This document shows, one piece after another, positions 38,850 to 50,476 of a stretch of DNA of 64,000 bases. The notes beneath the pieces were generated by a model. It did not search any database, was not told where the DNA came from, and worked only from the letters and a program-made list of their open reading frames with translations. Position 1 is the first letter of the stretch. Every line of letters begins with the position of its first letter. A program made the translations under genes and the position numbers. The stretch comes from Camelus ferus (Eukaryota): positions 45,572,001-45,636,000 of the forward strand of contig NC_045696.1 in assembly GCF_009834535.1 (NCBI RefSeq), given 5' to 3'.

Positions 38850-39240
38850 AACACCCTAACCCACAAGCCACGTGCTTTACCACAGACACCACCACTGTTA
38901 TTAAAGCTGATATTCCTTTACATACTTTCCCTTATTATCTGAAATGCTATTCCTCTGTTTTCTAAAAAGAAATGTCTAGTCATCCTTCAAGAGCTATACT
39001 TAATTGTCCTTTCTTTTAGAATATTGCTGCATCTCCCCGAGAGTCATTTACTTTCTCCTTGGAGCGTTTTCCTTCATATTTCTATTACAATCCCCTTTTT
39101 ATTAGATTCCTTTTATTTGCTTACTTTTTAGCATCCTCCTCTAGCCTGCCAGCTTCTGAAGGGCAGGACCTGTACCTTATTCATATCTATACTCATAGCA
39201 TTTAGTGCAGCACAGCAAATGCTCAAGAAATGCTAGAGAG
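38850..39240 (+). mobile_element. L2 3' fragment
   Basis: ctagcctgccagcttctgaagggcaggacctg...catagcatttagtgcagcacagcaaatgctcaagaaatgc. Confidence 0.65.
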
Positions 39241-40526
39241 AAGAAGGAAGGAAGGAAGAGAGGGAGGGGCAGACTGAGGGAGTGCTACTGAGAGGCAGAA
39301 AAGCTAAACATAAAAAGCGTTTGAAGAGAACGTATATAAATATCTTATGAAACTCAAGGCACCTGAGGCTTTCTCAGATTGGAAATATTTAAATTCTAGT
39401 AATGTGTATATCGAATTTGCATTTGCCTAACTGGTTTTATGCGAACACTAAATATATAAATCTTACTTTCCCTGTACACATAAGTACCTGAGACCTACAG
39501 ACTGAACTATCCTCGCACTGTTTTTTTTTTCTTCCACTAAAATCTTTCTTGCACTAGCTAAAATGCAAAATCTCATGAGAAGAGAGCAAGAGGAACATTT
39601 CAAGAGAATGATACTTTATTCCCTGGTTTAAATAAATTTAACAGGTCTTTTCCAAGGGTTACTTTTTTTTTTTTAAGCAGTAAAACTATAAGAATAATGG
39701 GACTTTAAGAGTAGATAGCCAAAAAGAAAAAAAAAAGTTATCTCAAAGTAGGAGGCTAAGAGATCAGGAAAATCAAATTGTGTACTTCACACAATAACTC
39801 ATCTTCTGAAATACAACCAGAAAAACCCCATATATGGAGACACAAAGGTGACAGGGATCCTGTTTCCAAAGGGACTTACAGATTGGCAGAGGAAATGCCA
39901 GTTATATATGATCGTTAACCACACTGGACAGGGGTTGTTGGACACAGGCTCACTCTAAGGCGTGGAAGAGCCATCAGGGCTGGCTGCACTCCAGAATGGG
40001 GAAGCACTCTTCTAGTCTACTCCTGCAGTGTGCTATGTGTTCAAGATATTCCTCAGACTGGGGTGAATGAGACGGCATGGAAAGCTGGCAGGGCCACCTG
40101 ACCACAGCTGCATAGTCCTCCCATGCTCACAGATGTTTCCTGCCTTCCCCATGAAGCACAGCCTCTTTTGAGGCCTCTGGGTTTTCTTGTAAATGCATCT
40201 GTGGTAGCCAGATCCTGTTTCAAAGTCTGTTTCAGGCCCAGCATCATTAAAACAAGAGTCATGAAGAATTTATTAGAGGAAGCACTGAACACACTGAACT
40301 GGTTCTGTCTTTATTTCCCCTATTTTAGCCACTCCATTTTTATTATGGATAAACAGATTTTCACTAAACTGACTTTTTATTAATTTTTTTTTAAAAAAAG
40401 AAGAAAGACAGCGAAGGAAACTTTGCATCCTACAGAATTCTTTCTTAAATGAACAGAGATTTAACAGATGTAAAAAATCCATTCACAGAAGTTAATAGCA
40501 TTTTATATGGAGTACTGGGGAGTGGT

Positions 40527-40550
40527 GTGTGTGTGTGTGTGTGTGTGTGT
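40527..40550. repeat. (TG)n microsatellite
   Basis: Directly visible. Confidence 0.97.
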
Positions 40551-40779
40551 TTGCGTGCATGTGCAAAGAGGGGGTGGGACTTAACTGTTTCTGCTCTCTG
40601 AGCAACTGAATGATGATTCTATCAGTGTAGGTGTTCATATTTCATAGCATCTTTAAATAAATATAAAATTTTTGTTGGAAGTGACTGGAACCTCACCCTG
40701 TAGAGAGATCCACCCTCAAGTTATAGTCTGCGAAGTCCATCCCTGCTGCAAAGCTTCTGCCGTTGCTCTTGCTTCCTGC

Positions 40780-41080
40780 TGAACCATTTTGCTGCACATC
40801 TCAGAGCTCGCCTGGCTCTCTCACTATGGAGGTCTGAGCTCAGGAGACTTTCCCCAACCCCGTGGGCCATGCATTCCCTCGACCCTGTCACTCTGATTTC
40901 TTCTATCATCTGTAGAGTGTCTATCACCATCCAAAACAATACGATGGACTGATTGATTGATTTCCTTGTTTACTAGTGAGTGTAAGCTCTCTGAGAGTTG
41001 CAGCTTTCTCTTTCATTCTATCCCCAGAGCATTAGAACAGTTTCTGGCATTCTGGAAGCACTAACAAGGTATTTGATGAG
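40780..41080 (+). mobile_element. L2 3' fragment
   Basis: actagtgagtgtaagctctctgagag...tatccccagagcattagaacagtttctggcat. Confidence 0.7.
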
Positions 41081-41679
41081 AAAGCTGGAGTGAAATCTAC
41101 AGCCTGTACAATGAGTTCTGATACTGTCTCCTGTAACTCCTCAGTAAGAAACTTCGTGAGCCTTAACCAGTTTGCTAAGGAAGCAGTCCCTGTTTGTTGC
41201 ACAGGAATCATCTTCTGTGTATAGCACTTCCTGTTGTCCCTATATATTCTAGTGGGTTCTAAATGCCCTTTTCTTGCCCCAGGGCCTTAGCAATTCTAAA
41301 GCGAAGCTCTTTTTTTTTTTTTTATCATGTTTATTAAGTTCTTTTTAAATCTGAAAATGGTGGAGTTACATGACAGCTCGTTTCCTCTCACTGAAGGAAC
41401 TCGTCTGCTTTATCCGCATGCTTGCTCATTGAGACTAGTTTTAAAATTCTCTCTTAGGAAAAGTCCCTTCTCATTTTAAGTCAAACTGAAATTTCACATT
41501 TGCAGAGCTATCCTTCTCCTTTGGAGCAACAGGTTCGGATATGACTGGTGAATCATTTTGTCCGAGCTCATATTGACTGCACGTGCGTGTGACAACAAAA
41601 GCAAAAACAGAACACCTGAATCAGAAGTTGCACGCTCTCAGCTCTTGCGCTCACTCTCCTCCCAGAGTAGTGTTTGGTC

Positions 41680-41950
41680 ATCTAGTGCCGACCAGTAAAG
41701 TATTTTAAATTTCAGGTATTAGCCAGCCTTTGAAAATGGAAAGCTTGCACATAAAATTCAACATTTCAAGCTTCTCTTGAAAATCTAAGATTCTAGGAAA
41801 AAATAATCATACGGACAATAATCTGCTTGGATTAGTAGCAAATTCCTTCTTTAGGTGGGTCATGAAGCCGCCAGCTGCCCCAATTCTCAACCCTGCCTGT
41901 TGCTATTCCCAAACTGAATCAGTTCCTTTTCCCATCACATGCCTGTATTC
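41680..41950. mobile_element. hAT-Charlie fragment (MER102/MER103-like)
   Basis: cacataaaattcaacatttcaagcttctcttgaaaatctaaga motif. Confidence 0.45.
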
Positions 41951-42859
41951 TTTCATTTATTTCGACTACTTGAGCATTGAAGGATCTAAATGGCTGTCCA
42001 TGTCCTAAAAATTTGGTGAAGCTAATATACTGTTATATTTTACTTCGAAAGGGCAAGCACAACTCAACACTAAATGTTAGTAACATATTCATTGTATTTT
42101 TCATAAACACCCAACTTAGGAAAAAAAAATGTGGGACAGACTGACCTCTGTAGAAGAGTATCTCTGAAGAAGAAAATATTCCCATACTAGGCACAGGAAT
42201 AGTTTGGCTGGAATTACAAAACCAGGGTTATCTTAAATAAAAGAATATCTTCACCCATAGTAATTAAAGGAGAATGTTTTCTCTCAATAGATTCAAAACT
42301 TGGTCTGTTGAAAGAGACAGAACTAGGTTTGAATTCTCACTTTCCCTTTACCCTCTGTGAATTCTTGGCAAGTCTGTGAATATCAGATCTTTTATCTGTG
42401 GGACCCTGAAATCGTATGTACCACCATTAGGGGACACTGAGGAAGAAGCACATTAAGTGCTTAGTCTTCTATCCAACCAAAATAGACTGTGCTACGTATT
42501 CTAATCTTCACCATGTCATCATTTCCTAAGCCCCATGCTCTTTAGAAGAGCATGGCAAGATAAAGGTGGAATGAATGCAAGAAAGCCAAGGTTATGTCTT
42601 CAACCATTTTCGTCTCAAAGATGAGGGATAATGTAACTACTAAAATATAAATACTTATAGACATTTATACAAAATATGTACCAAATACACACCAAGTTGA
42701 ATAATTGCCTTTGCTTCTCAGATTTCTAGATAAGGCATAAAATTAAAAACATAAAATGAAAAAAAAAGATCAAACAACATTTTTTTTCCCCGAGGAGGAA
42801 CATTAATACAGAGCAAAACAAAAAAGTTGCCATTTATTATCACCAACATTTTACATAAG

Positions 42860-42971
42860 CTGACACCTGGATTTTGGACTTCTAGACTCCAAAATTATAA
42901 TAGAATAAACTTCCGTCGGTTTACATCACTCAGTTTGTGGCATTTTGTTATAGCACCCTAGGACTGAATAC
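42860..42971 (+). mobile_element. MLT1 LTR 3' fragment
   Basis: gctgacacctggattttggacttctagactcc...agaataaacttcc...cagtttgtggcattttgttatagcaccctaggactgaatac. Confidence 0.85.
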
Positions 42972-42974
42972 CAC

Positions 42975-43112
42975 ACAAACCCAGATATTTTTATTCAAGG
43001 ATGTTAATGCATTTTATGAGTTGTAATCAAGAGAACTGTAAATCTATTTTTTAATAAATTTTTCTAATTACAGATTTTCCGATTTTTTTGGTGTTATACA
43101 ATACACAAACAC
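42975..43112 (-). other. Candidate terminal exon of an unidentified transcript
   Basis: Acceptor ttttattttcttctttag|; phase-0 reading VFVYCITPKKSENL* (stop 43068-43070); AATAAA at 42990-42995; downstream GT-rich gggtttgtgtggt. No homology recognised. Confidence 0.25.
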
Positions 43113-43309
43113 CTAAAGAAGAAAATAAAACTGCTTTCAATCCTACAGATAACCAGTAATATTTGTGGCATTTGCTCTTGATATTTTATGGATTTTGTGC
43201 ATATTTGTATGTATGTGTATAATTGTGCCTGTGTATTTATTATGTGTGTATAAGAGAAAGACATTTTGTAAATAATATACTTCTCCTTCCCTCTTTTGTT
43301 TCTTTTTTC

Positions 43310-44525
43310 GTACATATTTGGAGAGCACTCTGAATGCCCAGGCATTCTCCTGGGTACTAGGGATACAGTGGTGAATATATCAGGAAAATTCCTCCTTTTA
43401 TATGTTTTACAATTTGGCTTACAATATGAAATACTTTGCCTGGCAATTTCAAAACAATGATTTAAAATGGAGCAGCACAGGATGTGATGGGAGTACACCT
43501 ACTGTACCAAGGATGCATAGGAGAGTTTGAGGAAGGTTTCCTGCAGGAGGTCAGGTCTCAGCTGAGATCAGATGGATGAAAAGCAGTAGTTAGCCAGGAG
43601 AAGAAGAGTAGGGGTATTTTAAGCAAAGGGAGAAACCGATGCAAAGATCTGGGCAACAGCGAATAAAATGTATTTGAAGAACATAAAGAAGTTCAGTATT
43701 TTGAGAGTATTAGTAGAAGGGGAGCATTGATAAGAGATGAAGTGTGCCAGGGCCAGACCATGATGGGCCTTCTAAAGGATCTTTAAAAGTTGGGCTATCT
43801 TAATATAGAGAAGAACAGTGAGGAGTTTATGTATACGAAGTGAAATGATCAGACTTGCATTTCAGGAAGATCTGATTGGAGACAATCTAGAAAATTTATT
43901 GAGAAGGGTCAAGGCTAGTGACATGGTCTGTGGAAAAGGTGATGGCAGCCCAGATAGAGCTTAACATTAAGGACTGGATCATTATCAAAAGGTAAAAAGA
44001 GGAAGTGGTAATTATTGGCATGACAAACTTTTCAATCAGCAAAAAGAAAGTGAGGAAGAGGGAGTGAATAGGCTTGGCCTAGTGGGCAGATGGTGGTGCT
44101 GGTCAGGAGACAGCACAAGAGATGCTGGCGGAAAAAACAGTTTGGGGTGAAGGACATGAAGTAGAGAGTGAATATTCAATGTTTTGAATTTAAGATGATT
44201 CTGAGACATCCATGTAGACAGACACTTCGGAAATATGGCTGATGCTTAGCAAAGACTTTTGAGCCAGAGACTTGCATTTTAGAGTTGTCAGTGCAGTTTT
44301 AAGGATGGTGAAGCTTTGGGAATAGATGAGACTGTCCGTGGAGAATGTGCAAACTGAAAAGAAAGTGATAGACGGAGTTCTAGGAACACCAGCATTTAAA
44401 GGGCAGGTAGAGTAAGGGTAACTAACTTACACCAGAGACGGCAAAGGAGAAGCCAGAGCAGAGAAGAAACCAGGGTGCAACGCCATGGACATCAAGAGGA
44501 GACAGAATTTCATGGGAAAATCATT
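43310..44525 (-). mobile_element. L2 LINE, 3' ~1.2 kb
   Basis: Starts with reverse complement of the L2 tail (gagcactctgaatgcccaggcattctcctgggtactagggatacagtggtgaa); typical internal motifs through ctaggaacaccagcatttaaagggcaggtag. Confidence 0.85.
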
Positions 44526-44539
44526 ACTCAGTTGTAATG

Positions 44540-45040
44540 ATTAAAATGATTTAATTCTGGCATAAGAATTGGTAGATCAATGCAAATTACACTGAATCTA
44601 GACGAAAATATGTAAGTATACATGAGATTGTATTTTATGATAAAAGCAACATTTTAAATTGGCAGCAAAGAAGATGGATTATTTCATAAATGGTATTGGG
44701 TCTTAGTTGTATGGGAACATGTATGCAGGAAATAGACTTTTCTTCTTTCTTTATACCAGTAAAATTTCCCACTATACCAGAAGTGTAAATAATTACAAAT
44801 TAAAACTTGTAAAAATACTTTAAATTGATATAAATGATACAGTGATACAGCATTAGGATGGGGAAAGCCATACTAAGAATGACATGAAGGCCAGAAACTA
44901 TAAAGGAAAAGATGGATACATAAAGGTATACACAAACTTAGAAGTTTTCTACAGGAAAAAGAGTCATACAGTGTAGATAAAATATGGGGGGCAACTTAAA
45001 ATATGGTGTCTGAAAAAAGAACTACTATGCCTCCTGTACA
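44540..45040 (+). mobile_element. Old L1M ORF2 3' remnant
   Basis: tctggcataagaattggtagatcaatg, gatggattatttcataaatggtattggg. Confidence 0.65.
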
Positions 45041-45047
45041 AAAGGCT

Positions 45048-45079
45048 CTAAAAAAGGATGTGGTGTATATGTGTATATG

Positions 45080-45121
<42 letters not shown>

Positions 45122-45290
45122 GGAATACTACTTAGCCATAAAAAAGAATGAAATAATGCCATTTGCAGCAACATGGATGGACCTAGAGATTTATAATATT
45201 AAGTGAAGTAAGAGAGAGAAAGACAAATATCATGTATCACTTATATGTGGAATCTAAAAAAAATGATACAAATTTTATTTTCAAACCTGG
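45048..45290 (+). mobile_element. L1 3' fragment with (CA)n expansion
   Basis: atggaatactacttagccataaaaaagaatgaaataatgccatttgcagcaacatggatggacctagag; (CA)n 45083-45118. Confidence 0.9.
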
Positions 45291-45339
45291 GGGTGTAAAT
45301 GGATACAAATGTTCTCCTTTCTTATCAAGGGGCATGTAG

Positions 45340-45580
45340 CAAACTGGGTTTGGAGCCAAGCTGCCTAAGTTTGAATGCCAGCTTCATCACTGTCTACCTG
45401 TGTGACATCTAATGACTTAACATCTTAGTGAGTCACTTTCTTCACTCATAAAAGGGGGTAATAATAATAATACCCACTTCATAGGGCTGTGAGAGGAAGC
45501 ATGCATTAACATATGTTAAGCACTTAGTGCCTGGCACAAAGTAAGAACTCATTGCAGTAGAGCTTGCCATCATTATTATT
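45340..45580 (+). mobile_element. MIR SINE
   Basis: tttggagccaagctgcctaagtttgaatgccagc...aagcacttagtgcctggcacaaagtaagaactca. Confidence 0.85.
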
Positions 45581-46129
45581 TTTATATTCTTTCCTTCTCA
45601 GCTTGAATTCTCTTGCCATCATTTTAACGTGTCTCTTACATTCATGAATATCTCCAATGTTCCTGCTCCATTGTCCTTCTGTCCTACATTCTTGGATTTT
45701 TGATAAGTTTAACTGCCTACATTTCAAAAGCATTCCATAAAAAATTTTTATACAGACTTTACAGACAAATTTTTAAAGGACTCAGAAACTAAATTTCAAT
45801 ATTCTGTCTGTGTAATATAAATCATAATGGAGTTTAAGAATATTCTTACTTTTAATTCCATAGTAAGACAAATACAGGGTTTTCTAGTATGCTACATTTT
45901 ATGGACACCAAGGTCTATTAATTTGAGTTCTTACTCTATATGAATCATTTGTCAGGAGTAATTTAGGTACTTAGATTGAATACACTCTGTTTCTAAACGA
46001 GTTTCTAAAACAGTCCCACCATGGTTCTTACATACAACAAAAATCTGACATGATTGATAATATTTATTCATTTTAAAAAGTCTCTTACAAAAGGAACTAA
46101 TGAAATTCATAAACCATTTAAAACCAATA

Positions 46130-46345
46130 TTTATTTAGTGATTTACAGTTACTGAGTTCTTAAAGATATCCCACTGTTTGAATCTTACAACAATCTCATA
46201 AGTAATCAAAACAGAATTGCTTAATATCTCCATTTTACAAATGAGGATGGTATGGTTAAGAGAGATGATATGAATTTCCTAAGATCAAACAGCAAAAAAG
46301 TACTCTAGCCTGGCACCGGAGTCTAAATTCCATTATTTTTATTCT
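46130..46345 (-). mobile_element. MIR SINE
   Basis: tttgaatcttacaacaatc...ctccattttacaaatgagga...aatttcctaagatcaaacagc. Confidence 0.7.
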
Positions 46346-46871
46346 ATCCATTTCTAGTCATTGTCAATGTATGTTTTTGTTCCCAGGGATTTGATTACCT
46401 TTGTTTTTAGGAGGGAAAGAAGGAGAGAGAGACAAAGAGAAAGAAAAGACAGCAAGACAGAGTGGTACTACATTGTCCCTTCTCTACATTATTCCACTAT
46501 TGATCACAAGACATATCCTAGGTCGTATCTATAGCACTGGAGCATCATTGCTTTCTGGTCATAAAATGCAAATAACATAGAATCTCCAACTTAAAAACAT
46601 ATTTGTCATATTCATTGAGATTGTCTTTGGTTTGTTTTTTTTAGCAAACATTACTAATCCCAAAGTAAAGGCATTTTGAGGGACTACTTCACAGTGCTCA
46701 GAGGTAAACCTGAGGGATCAAGTCCCTGCTGCTAAGATGATAACATTGTCATCCCATGATTCATAACACATGTTAAGAGTAGTTAAAGATTCTTTTTCAA
46801 ACAGAGTCATTTTGGTCTCTACGTGTAAAACTCACGGAGAAAAACTATTGCACTTTAGGAACTTGTTTTAC

Positions 46872-46947
46872 CTTCATATTTCTTTTAGAAAGAAGTGCCA
46901 TGCATGGTTCAGGCGGTATTGATGCAAAGGCCAAAGAACAGTCCTTA
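46872..46947 (-). other. Candidate internal exon (76 nt)
   Basis: Branch-like ctgac, acceptor ccttctgcag|, donor AAG|gtaaaa; one fully open frame KDCSLAFASIPPEPCMALLSKRNMK; non-repetitive context. Confidence 0.25.
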
Positions 46948-49109
46948 CTGCAGAAGGTCACAGTGTAATGTCAGCTATCGGACAGGTGAATCAACAAAGA
47001 CTGTGGATGCACACATAATAAAGGAACGCAGTGGGAAAGCAAACAGCACTAAGTCACCTCCAATTCCCCTGACACCTAGCAGCAGACAAAGCTCACTTAT
47101 TACTGAGTGTAACACTAATGCTAAAATCAAGCTAGAACTTCACAGAATTTTCTCTCTTACTTCATTTAATAATTTTCATCCTTTATTTTAAAGTTCATTC
47201 TCTTTTTCCCCTGGCATACATCTGCATATTAACCTGCTAAGTAGGTAACTGGTTAAGTCAAAATGTAGCTTTTTATCAATGGTAGTAATCTGGGGACAAA
47301 TCCAAACCAATGAAACAGTAGGTTAAAAAAAAAAAAGTCACAACAGACAACGGTACCTACCCACAACAGATGGTCATTCTCTACCTCCCAAAGAATATGT
47401 GTTGAAATCACTTAGTAATGAGAAATAAATTTCCCATGGCTGCCAAGACTAGAGCTGTCAATGTGATCTACAAAAAAACAGCCTTGTGTTTGTGGCTTTC
47501 TGACTGAGAGCGATGTCTTCAAGGCTTCTGACATCAGTTGGGCTAAGCACCACCTACTAAGTGATTGTGGTTTAAATTCCAAAAGCGTGGGAGCATAACA
47601 TTGCTCACTAAACATTTTTCACACTCCTCTTTACCTCACCAATAGGTCATCTACCTATTCTTAAAAATATGCTTTCTTGCTTTCTAAAATAATCTTTTAA
47701 GCTTCGCTTGAAATAAAGGTTGAGTGGTAATGAAGTAGTCAGGGCTATTCACTAACCTTCACAGCTCACCGAAGGATGTTGGTAACAGAGTTATCACTAA
47801 ATGCAAATAGGGGAAAGGTGAGTGTGTGTTTGTGTGTGTGTGTATTTATTTGTTTTCTAGATACTTTTCCACTGGTGCAGAACAACTGCAACATGTGACT
47901 ATCAGCAACAACCAAAAAGAAAAAAAAAAAAGAAAAAAAAAGGAAATCAGGAAGATATACAGGCACCTAGGAGATAATATACTGTGGCTGATGAGGTATA
48001 AAAACCTGATCTGTCTGGCCACTGACAACCTATTCTCCTTTCTCCTCTGACACTTTGCTGTGTGAAATTCAGAGCAGTGACTGAAGCAAAGAAGCAGCTG
48101 CTTTTCCTCACTCTCTTAGTTTTATCTTCCTGAAAATTAACCACTTGTCTTCCAAATTATTTTATTGTCCCTCTCCCCTCCACCAAATGCCACATCTCTA
48201 AATCCACATGATCCCCAAAAGTACTTTTCCTTGCCTCAGGCCCAGTTTTGTCTTGATGAAAACATTCAAGTATGCCAACCAACGATTATGTAAGAATTTT
48301 CTCAATTCAAAAATCAATCAAAAATATCATAGTGCTTTACTCTGAGAAATAAAAATAAACAAAGCAAATGTTAAGACATCTCATTTAAGATGTTATGAAG
48401 GAACAATGCAATTAAATTAGTCTATTAGATTGTCAGACTATGTATTATGATCATATATTTTATACAAAGAAAAACTATGCATCTACTCTGAAAGAAGGAA
48501 CACAAAAAAGGCTAACAAATCTTGGCTGTTCTAAGGCGTAGGGGCATAGAGAAGAGCTTTGTTTTCGGTAAGCATAACTAATTTTATACTATGCTTCATT
48601 TTTCATATTAAATATGAATAATGTTTTTAAACAAGTCTGGATTACATAAGTAATTTTTTAAAAAAGAAAAGCAATAGAAAAATTCGAGAATATAGAATTA
48701 GATAACCAAAGATGAATGAACTTACTAACCACCACAGAGGAAAGTACGTAAAATTTCCCCTAGCTCATCTGATGGGAATTCCTAACCCTCAGATTTGCTG
48801 CACATAAAATTTCCAAACAGAAACAATATTTCAGTAAGAATAACAAGGAATGTTTAGAATAAAAATATCTGTATCAGTTATGATAAGACATAAAGTAGCT
48901 AACAGGGATCACTGCTCCTAGTCTAACACAGAGCAGACCTCTTGAGTGAAAGGAAACAAGACTGGCAAATATAGAGAGGGGGCAGTGAGAAGTAAGGTCC
49001 TTTAGAATGTTCAGGAATTTTGAGTCGCTCTCTTAGATACCCAAGGCCTCAGTGCAAAGAACATTTGCTCCTTTTTCTTCCTAAACTGCACTAGCTCTGA
49101 GCTTTAGTA

Positions 49110-50476
49110 CAGGGTTCTGAGCCTGGGGCCCACAGCTCCCCAAAGCATTACTGAATAGAGAGAATTCAGGAAGTTTATGAACTTGGATAAGCAAAGAGCT
49201 GCTTCTCTATTTTCATCAAAATCTCATTGAAATTTAACATTTCTTCAGTGAAAAATGTTGGCAACAACAATGGTTGTATCAGTGGTAACTAACTTTCCCA
49301 TCAAAGACAACACAGATATTTTTATATAACATCATAGTTGTTGAATTACCTCTAAATATTATTTACGCACATTACACTTCAAAATTTTAGTAGTTGTTAT
49401 GTCTGCGGCTCGATCTTGTTATTTACTGTTTTAATAAAGCAGCACAAATGTGTTTTTAAAAATATTTTGACAACTGTATTTTATTATTCTTGATTTCCTT
49501 AAATTCCTACATATTTTATTATGTAGATCTATTTTTTAGTTTTTATTTTTTGATTTACAATGTATTAGTTTCTGGTGTACAGCATAGTGATTCAGTTTTA
49601 CATATATATACACATATATATATCTGAATACTTATTCTTTTTCCTATTCCTTTTCATTACAGGGTACTATAAGCCACTGAATATAGTTTCCTGTGCTATA
49701 TAGTAGGACCTTGTTGTTTATCTATTCTGTACATAGAAGTTTGTATCAGCCAATCCCAAACTCCCAATTTCTCTCTCCCTTCCTCTTTCCTCCCCTGGTA
49801 CCATAAGTTTGTTTTCTATGTCCATAAGTCTCTTTCTGTTTTGTAAATAAGTTTGTTCTTCTCATTTTTTTAGATTCCACATAGAAGTGATATCATATGA
49901 TGTTTGTCTTTCTCTGACTGACTGACTTCACTTAGTACAATAATCTCTAGATCCATCTATGTTGCTGCAAATGACATTATTTCATTCTTTTTTATGACTG
50001 AGTAGTGTTCCATTGTATACTTATACCACATTTTCTTATCCATTCATCTGTTGATGGACATTTAGGTTGCTTGCATGTCTTGGGTATTGTAAATAGTGCT
50101 GCTATGAACATTGGGGTGCAGCATGTATCTTTCTGGATTAGAGTTTTCTCTGGATATATGCCCAGGAGTGGGATTGCTGGATCATATGGTAAGTCTATTT
50201 TCAGTTTTTCAAGGAACCTCCATACTGTTTTCCATAATGGCTGCACCAATCTACATTCCCACGAACAGTGTGGGAGGGTTCTCTTTTCTCGTCACCCTCG
50301 CTAACATTTATTATTTGTAGAATTTTCAATGATGGCCATTCTGAGCAGGGTGAGGTGATACTTCACTGTAGTAGATCTAAATATATTCTTCTGTGAAGGG
50401 GCCTGTATATTGACAGAGTTACAGAGTTACCAGACTGCCAAAGAGTGCAGGGCACAAAGAAAGCAAAGAACCCCTC
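49110..50476. mobile_element. Charlie4a-like hAT element split by L1
   Basis: TIRs cagggttctgagcctgggg ... aagcaaagaacccct; internal cacagatatttttatataacatcatagttgttg; resumes after the L1 with ccagactgccaaag. Confidence 0.8.
49532..50370 (-). mobile_element. 5'-truncated L1 (ORF2 C-terminus plus 3'UTR) with 9-bp TSD
   Basis: Translates to [35 protein letters not shown] gtagatcta at 49523-49531 and 50371-50379. Confidence 0.95.
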
